Assembly (NCBI GenBank): GCA_047947115.1
Contig: CP170459.1
Location: 352,001 to 416,000 of the forward strand
From: Verrucomicrobiota bacterium
GTDB taxonomy: Bacteria; Verrucomicrobiota; Verrucomicrobiia; Limisphaerales; AAA164-E04
Direction of reading: 5' to 3'
DNA: 64,000 nt
The translations under genes were made by a program, and so were the position numbers. Under the pieces are notes generated by a model. It was not told the origin of the DNA and made no database searches. It saw only the letters and a list, made by a program, of their open reading frames with translations. Position 1 is the first letter of the stretch; the number at the start of each line of letters is the position of its first letter. Positions 60,514 to 64,000 of the stretch are shown here, one piece after another.

Positions 60514-62004
60514 ATGATGGATAAATTACTGGTCATTGATGATGAAACGGATGTGAGATATGCGTTCAGGCGCCTCTTCGATTCTCCCGGAATCGAACTA
60601 CGCCTTGCATCCAGTGGAGAAGAGGGATTGCGTGTTCTGAAAGAGTTTCATCCGAACCTGATCGTGATGGATATCCGGATGGAAGGCATGAGTGGTCTGC
60701 AAACACTCCAAGCCATCCGGCAATTCGACACCAAAACCCCGGTCATTCTCATGACTGCCTACGGCGCCACCCAAACAGCCATCGAAGCCATGAAACTGGG
60801 CGCGTATGATTATGTCCTGAAGCCATTTGATGTCCCCAAGCTCCAGAAGCTGATCTACGAAGCCCTCAAGGCCTCGCAGGACATGTCCAAACCCGTTTCC
60901 TTCGAAACCAAGGCGGAATCACTGGACGATGAACTGGGCATGATTGGACGCAGTGAACCGATGCAGCAGGTGTTCAAACTGATTGGACAACTGGCCAATT
61001 CGGACGCCACGGTTTTAATCACCGGCGAAAGCGGAACCGGCAAAGAACTCGTCGCCCGTGCCATTTATCAAAACAGCGCCCGCGCACCACGCTCCTACCT
61101 TGCGATAAATTGCGCGGCCATTCCTGAGAACCTTTTGGAAAGCGAACTGTTTGGCCACGAAAAAGGCAGTTTCACTGGAGCCAACCAAACCCGCATCGGC
61201 AAATTTGAACAATGCCATCAAGGCACCTTGTTTCTTGATGAAATTGGCGACATGTCCTTGCCGACCCAAACCAAAATGCTGCGCGTTCTCCAATCAGGAA
61301 CCTTCGAACGACTCGGCAGCAACAAGCCCGTGGAAGTGGACGTAAGGGTCATCGCTGCCACCAACCAACCACTGGAAGAAGCGGTGGCCGACAGAAAATT
61401 TCGAGAGGATCTTTTTTACCGGCTGAACGTCGTGCGAGTCCAACTTCCTCCCTTGCGGGAACGAAGCGAAGACATCCCATTGCTGGTGCAATACTTCCTC
61501 AGGAAATTTTCAAAACTGTTCGGGCAATCCGGAAAATCAATTAATGAAAATGCCCTGGAAGCCTTGAAACAATACCAATGGCCGGGTAACGTGCGCGAGC
61601 TCGAAAATGTGATCCAGCGTGCCTTCGTGGTGACCAAGGGAGAAACTATTCTGCTGAGTGATTTGCCCAAGGAAATCATTGGAGGAAAGAACACTCCCGC
61701 ATCGTCGAATTCCCATTCCAAGGCATCGGCAGACACCGCCTCCTCAACCTCAGATTCAAAAGCTTTATCCGAAGCTACCCGGACAGAGGGCATTGATCAA
61801 CTGACGGACGCCATGTTCCAGTGGGCACGATCCAATCCGGACCAAGCTCTCATACCGACAGTAGAACGAGAACTTGTCAAACAAGCCCTCAAAGAAACCC
61901 GGGGCAATCAGGTCAAAGCATCCACTCTCCTCGGAATCACCCGCGCCACCCTCCGCAAACGCATCGAGAAATTCAATATCCGCCAGGAGATCAATGTGGA
62001 TTAA
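60514..62004 (+). CDS. Sigma-54-dependent response regulator (NtrC/AtoC family)
   Basis: REC domain (IDDE, MDIRM, KPF), GESGTGKE, GSFTGA, FLDEIG, WPGNVREL, Fis-type HTH. Confidence 0.95.
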   Translation: MMDKLLVIDDETDVRYAFRRLFDSPGIELRLASSGEEGLRVLKEFHPNLIVMDIRMEGMSGLQTLQAIRQFDTKTPVILMTAYGATQTAIEAMKLGAYDYVLKPFDVPKLQKLIYEALKASQDMSKPVSFETKAESLDDELGMIGRSEPMQQVFKLIGQLANSDATVLITGESGTGKELVARAIYQNSARAPRSYLAINCAAIPENLLESELFGHEKGSFTGANQTRIGKFEQCHQGTLFLDEIGDMSLPTQTKMLRVLQSGTFERLGSNKPVEVDVRVIAATNQPLEEAVADRKFREDLFYRLNVVRVQLPPLRERSEDIPLLVQYFLRKFSKLFGQSGKSINENALEALKQYQWPGNVRELENVIQRAFVVTKGETILLSDLPKEIIGGKNTPASSNSHSKASADTASSTSDSKALSEATRTEGIDQLTDAMFQWARSNPDQALIPTVERELVKQALKETRGNQVKASTLLGITRATLRKRIEKFNIRQEINVD

Positions 62005-62040
62005 ACTGAACCAGATTCCATTCAGCCTGAAGATTTCAAC

Positions 62041-62081
62041 AAACAAAAATCCCGTCACTTCGATGATCAAAGTGACGGGAT
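62041..62081 (-). terminator. Rho-independent terminator between convergent genes
   Basis: 12-bp stem ATCCCGTCACTT/AAGTGACGGGAT with an A-rich left flank (U-tail on minus strand). Confidence 0.8.
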
Positions 62082-62118
62082 AAGATCATTCAAATCGAAC
62101 ATCATCGTTCTCTGTACC

Positions 62119-64000
62119 CTAGCGAACGGAACGGAAGAATCGCTGAGGATCATCAGCGTTCACTTCAAAGGGAGAAACAGCGCCAGCCACTGTAGTGTAA
62201 GGACCGTCAACCTCACTCGCTGACTGGAGCGTTCCGCTAAATTCAATGCGAATGGTGCCGTCAGCACGTGAAAGACCGATACTGGCAGGCATGGCATCCG
62301 GATTCAACTTGGTCAAGGTCAAGGTAACCACATCGTTGTCGCCCGAACCATAATTCAGGTTGAATGTATGGCCTTGCTCATTCGTGAACGCATTCCCCTG
62401 TGCGAAGGTTCCGGTCAAGGCGGTGTAATCGATCAAAGTCCACATATCCCCTTCTCTGACCGCCCCTGTCAAGGTCACTTTCAGTGTCGCTTGTGGATCA
62501 ATTTCAAGACTCAAACCAGTGGTGTTGGCTCGCAACAAACCGCCCACCTGTTGTCCGTCGATCACATAAGCAAGAGTTCCATTGGCTCCAATAGTGGACA
62601 CGTTGATATCGTTGAAACTGTTGTTCACACCGGTTGGCAACATTTCCAATGTCCCATTGATCAACCGGAAAAATTTATAATTGAACAACTGTCCCGCGAC
62701 GGACACATGACCAGTCCCACCGGATTCATCACCGATCTGAACCACCATACCGCCGCCTTGCGATCGCAACGCCGCGCCTTCGGAAATGTTGATCGTGCCG
62801 TTTCCATCCGGCCCTACCCCAACAAAAAGACCGGCATTATTACCGCTATGAGCTCCGCTGAACGTTCCACCTTTGACATTCAGAACACCTGTGGTGTTGT
62901 CGCCGACAAAAATGCGGGATGGATTATCCGTGATGCTGCTACCAATATCACGAGTTATTTCGGCAACGCCATTCACGATGGCATTACTCCCATCGATCGG
63001 CACACCGTCACTCCAATTGCCTGCCGTGAACCAATCACCTTCGCCCCTGAATACCGAGCCCAATGTCGACAAAGGAGCACTGTCACGAATGGTCAGAGTG
63101 GCGCCACCAAATATGTCGATCTGCAGACTGTTCAAGCCAAGCCCTTGCGCTACATCCGTCCAGTTGGCGACGGTATAGCTGCCGGCAGGAACCGAAACCG
63201 CCGTCCCATCACTTTGCCTGAAATTCAAAGAATGGAACATTGAATCTTCGAACAACACCAAAGTGCTGTTGCCTTGAAGAACGAGCGCACCATCGGGAGC
63301 ATTAACGGTCCCGTTGATTTCAAGATTGGCATCAATCAATTCCAGATCCCCATTCCCCAGGGAACCATTGGAAGCTGCGAACGTTCTGCCCCCTACTAGC
63401 GTCCAGCCCCCGGAAAAGGAGCTGTTGCTACCACTGATGATCAGCGTTTCGTCAGCTTCCAAATCGGTCGGGGAGGCAGTGACCCGAAGGCGGCCCACAC
63501 CGCTTACGCCCGCGTCAAGGGTCAATGCATTAAAGGCGCCCCGAATATCGATCCCACTGTTCCGAAGAACGGTGACACCTCCTTCCAATGTGACAAATCC
63601 TTCATCATCGGTAAAATCAATCACCCCGCCAGAAAGGCGAAAATCATCAATGCGAACAGAATCGGTTGTTCCGTTTTGAATACGAAGCCGAGCTCCACTA
63701 CCGAGCAATTCAAGCGATCCTCCACCAAACACGTCATCAAACTCATCAGGCACGCCTAGAGATGAAGCAATGAAATCGGTGACCAGATAATCTTCCCCGG
63801 ATCGAGGCGCCTGACCATCGGCCCAGGCAGATGCTTCGTCCCATGAAGTGGTGCTGGTGTTCAAAATAATGACACCTTCGGCAACATCCACCAGAACCAG
63901 CAGTGAACGGGTGCTGGTTCCTTCCGCACCTTCCGCCACAAGTGTGTATCCGGCCGACTGGGTGAGTTGCACATCAAGAATGCCTTGCCCGTTTTGCGTG
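62119..64000 (-). CDS. Large secreted beta-helix/autotransporter-passenger-like protein, 5' end outside the window
   Basis: Frame open to the window edge; Gly/Asn/Thr-rich beta repeats, W...NWS.GVP motifs, C-terminal LQSASEVDGPY...FFRSVR domain. Confidence 0.8.
   Translation of the reverse strand, partial: TQNGQGILDVQLTQSAGYTLVAEGAEGTSTRSLLVLVDVAEGVIILNTSTTSWDEASAWADGQAPRSGEDYLVTDFIASSLGVPDEFDDVFGGGSLELLGSGARLRIQNGTTDSVRIDDFRLSGGVIDFTDDEGFVTLEGGVTVLRNSGIDIRGAFNALTLDAGVSGVGRLRVTASPTDLEADETLIISGSNSSFSGGWTLVGGRTFAASNGSLGNGDLELIDANLEINGTVNAPDGALVLQGNSTLVLFEDSMFHSLNFRQSDGTAVSVPAGSYTVANWTDVAQGLGLNSLQIDIFGGATLTIRDSAPLSTLGSVFRGEGDWFTAGNWSDGVPIDGSNAIVNGVAEITRDIGSSITDNPSRIFVGDNTTGVLNVKGGTFSGAHSGNNAGLFVGVGPDGNGTINISEGAALRSQGGGMVVQIGDESGGTGHVSVAGQLFNYKFFRLINGTLEMLPTGVNNSFNDINVSTIGANGTLAYVIDGQQVGGLLRANTTGLSLEIDPQATLKVTLTGAVREGDMWTLIDYTALTGTFAQGNAFTNEQGHTFNLNYGSGDNDVVTLTLTKLNPDAMPASIGLSRADGTIRIEFSGTLQSASEVDGPYTTVAGAVSPFEVNADDPQRFFRSVR

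Overview
Bacterial chromosomal segment whose gene content (DUF1549/DUF1553/DUF1501 module, PVC-type heme-binding dehydrogenase, H-X9-DG prepilin-like protein, lamin-tail/CotH protein, ECF sigma plus Ser/Thr kinase) points to the PVC superphylum, most likely Verrucomicrobia (inference). Left end: an AT-rich island with a metallo-beta-lactamase-fold (CMAH-like) gene, a tyrosine integrase and tRNA-Tyr(GTA). Middle: secreted and redox proteins, ruvC-ruvA, a RAYT/IS200-like transposase and a tandem REP-like repeat. 40.5-51.4 kb: three different IS elements; one splits an ECF sigma gene and one abuts a decapitated RTX-like Ca-binding protein gene. 51.6-60.2 kb holds the main highlight, a type I-like secretion operon with no ABC transporter: TolC, a membrane-fusion protein (MFP), a GAF-MFP, a PqqD/RRE-like + M50 peptidase + MFP fusion, and a C-terminally shortened SecA paralog, followed by the remnant of its probable substrate. 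A sigma-54 response regulator is divergent from it. Four secreted proteins share a ~60-aa domain ending in FF(R/K). All calls come from motif recognition by eye; no database searches were run.
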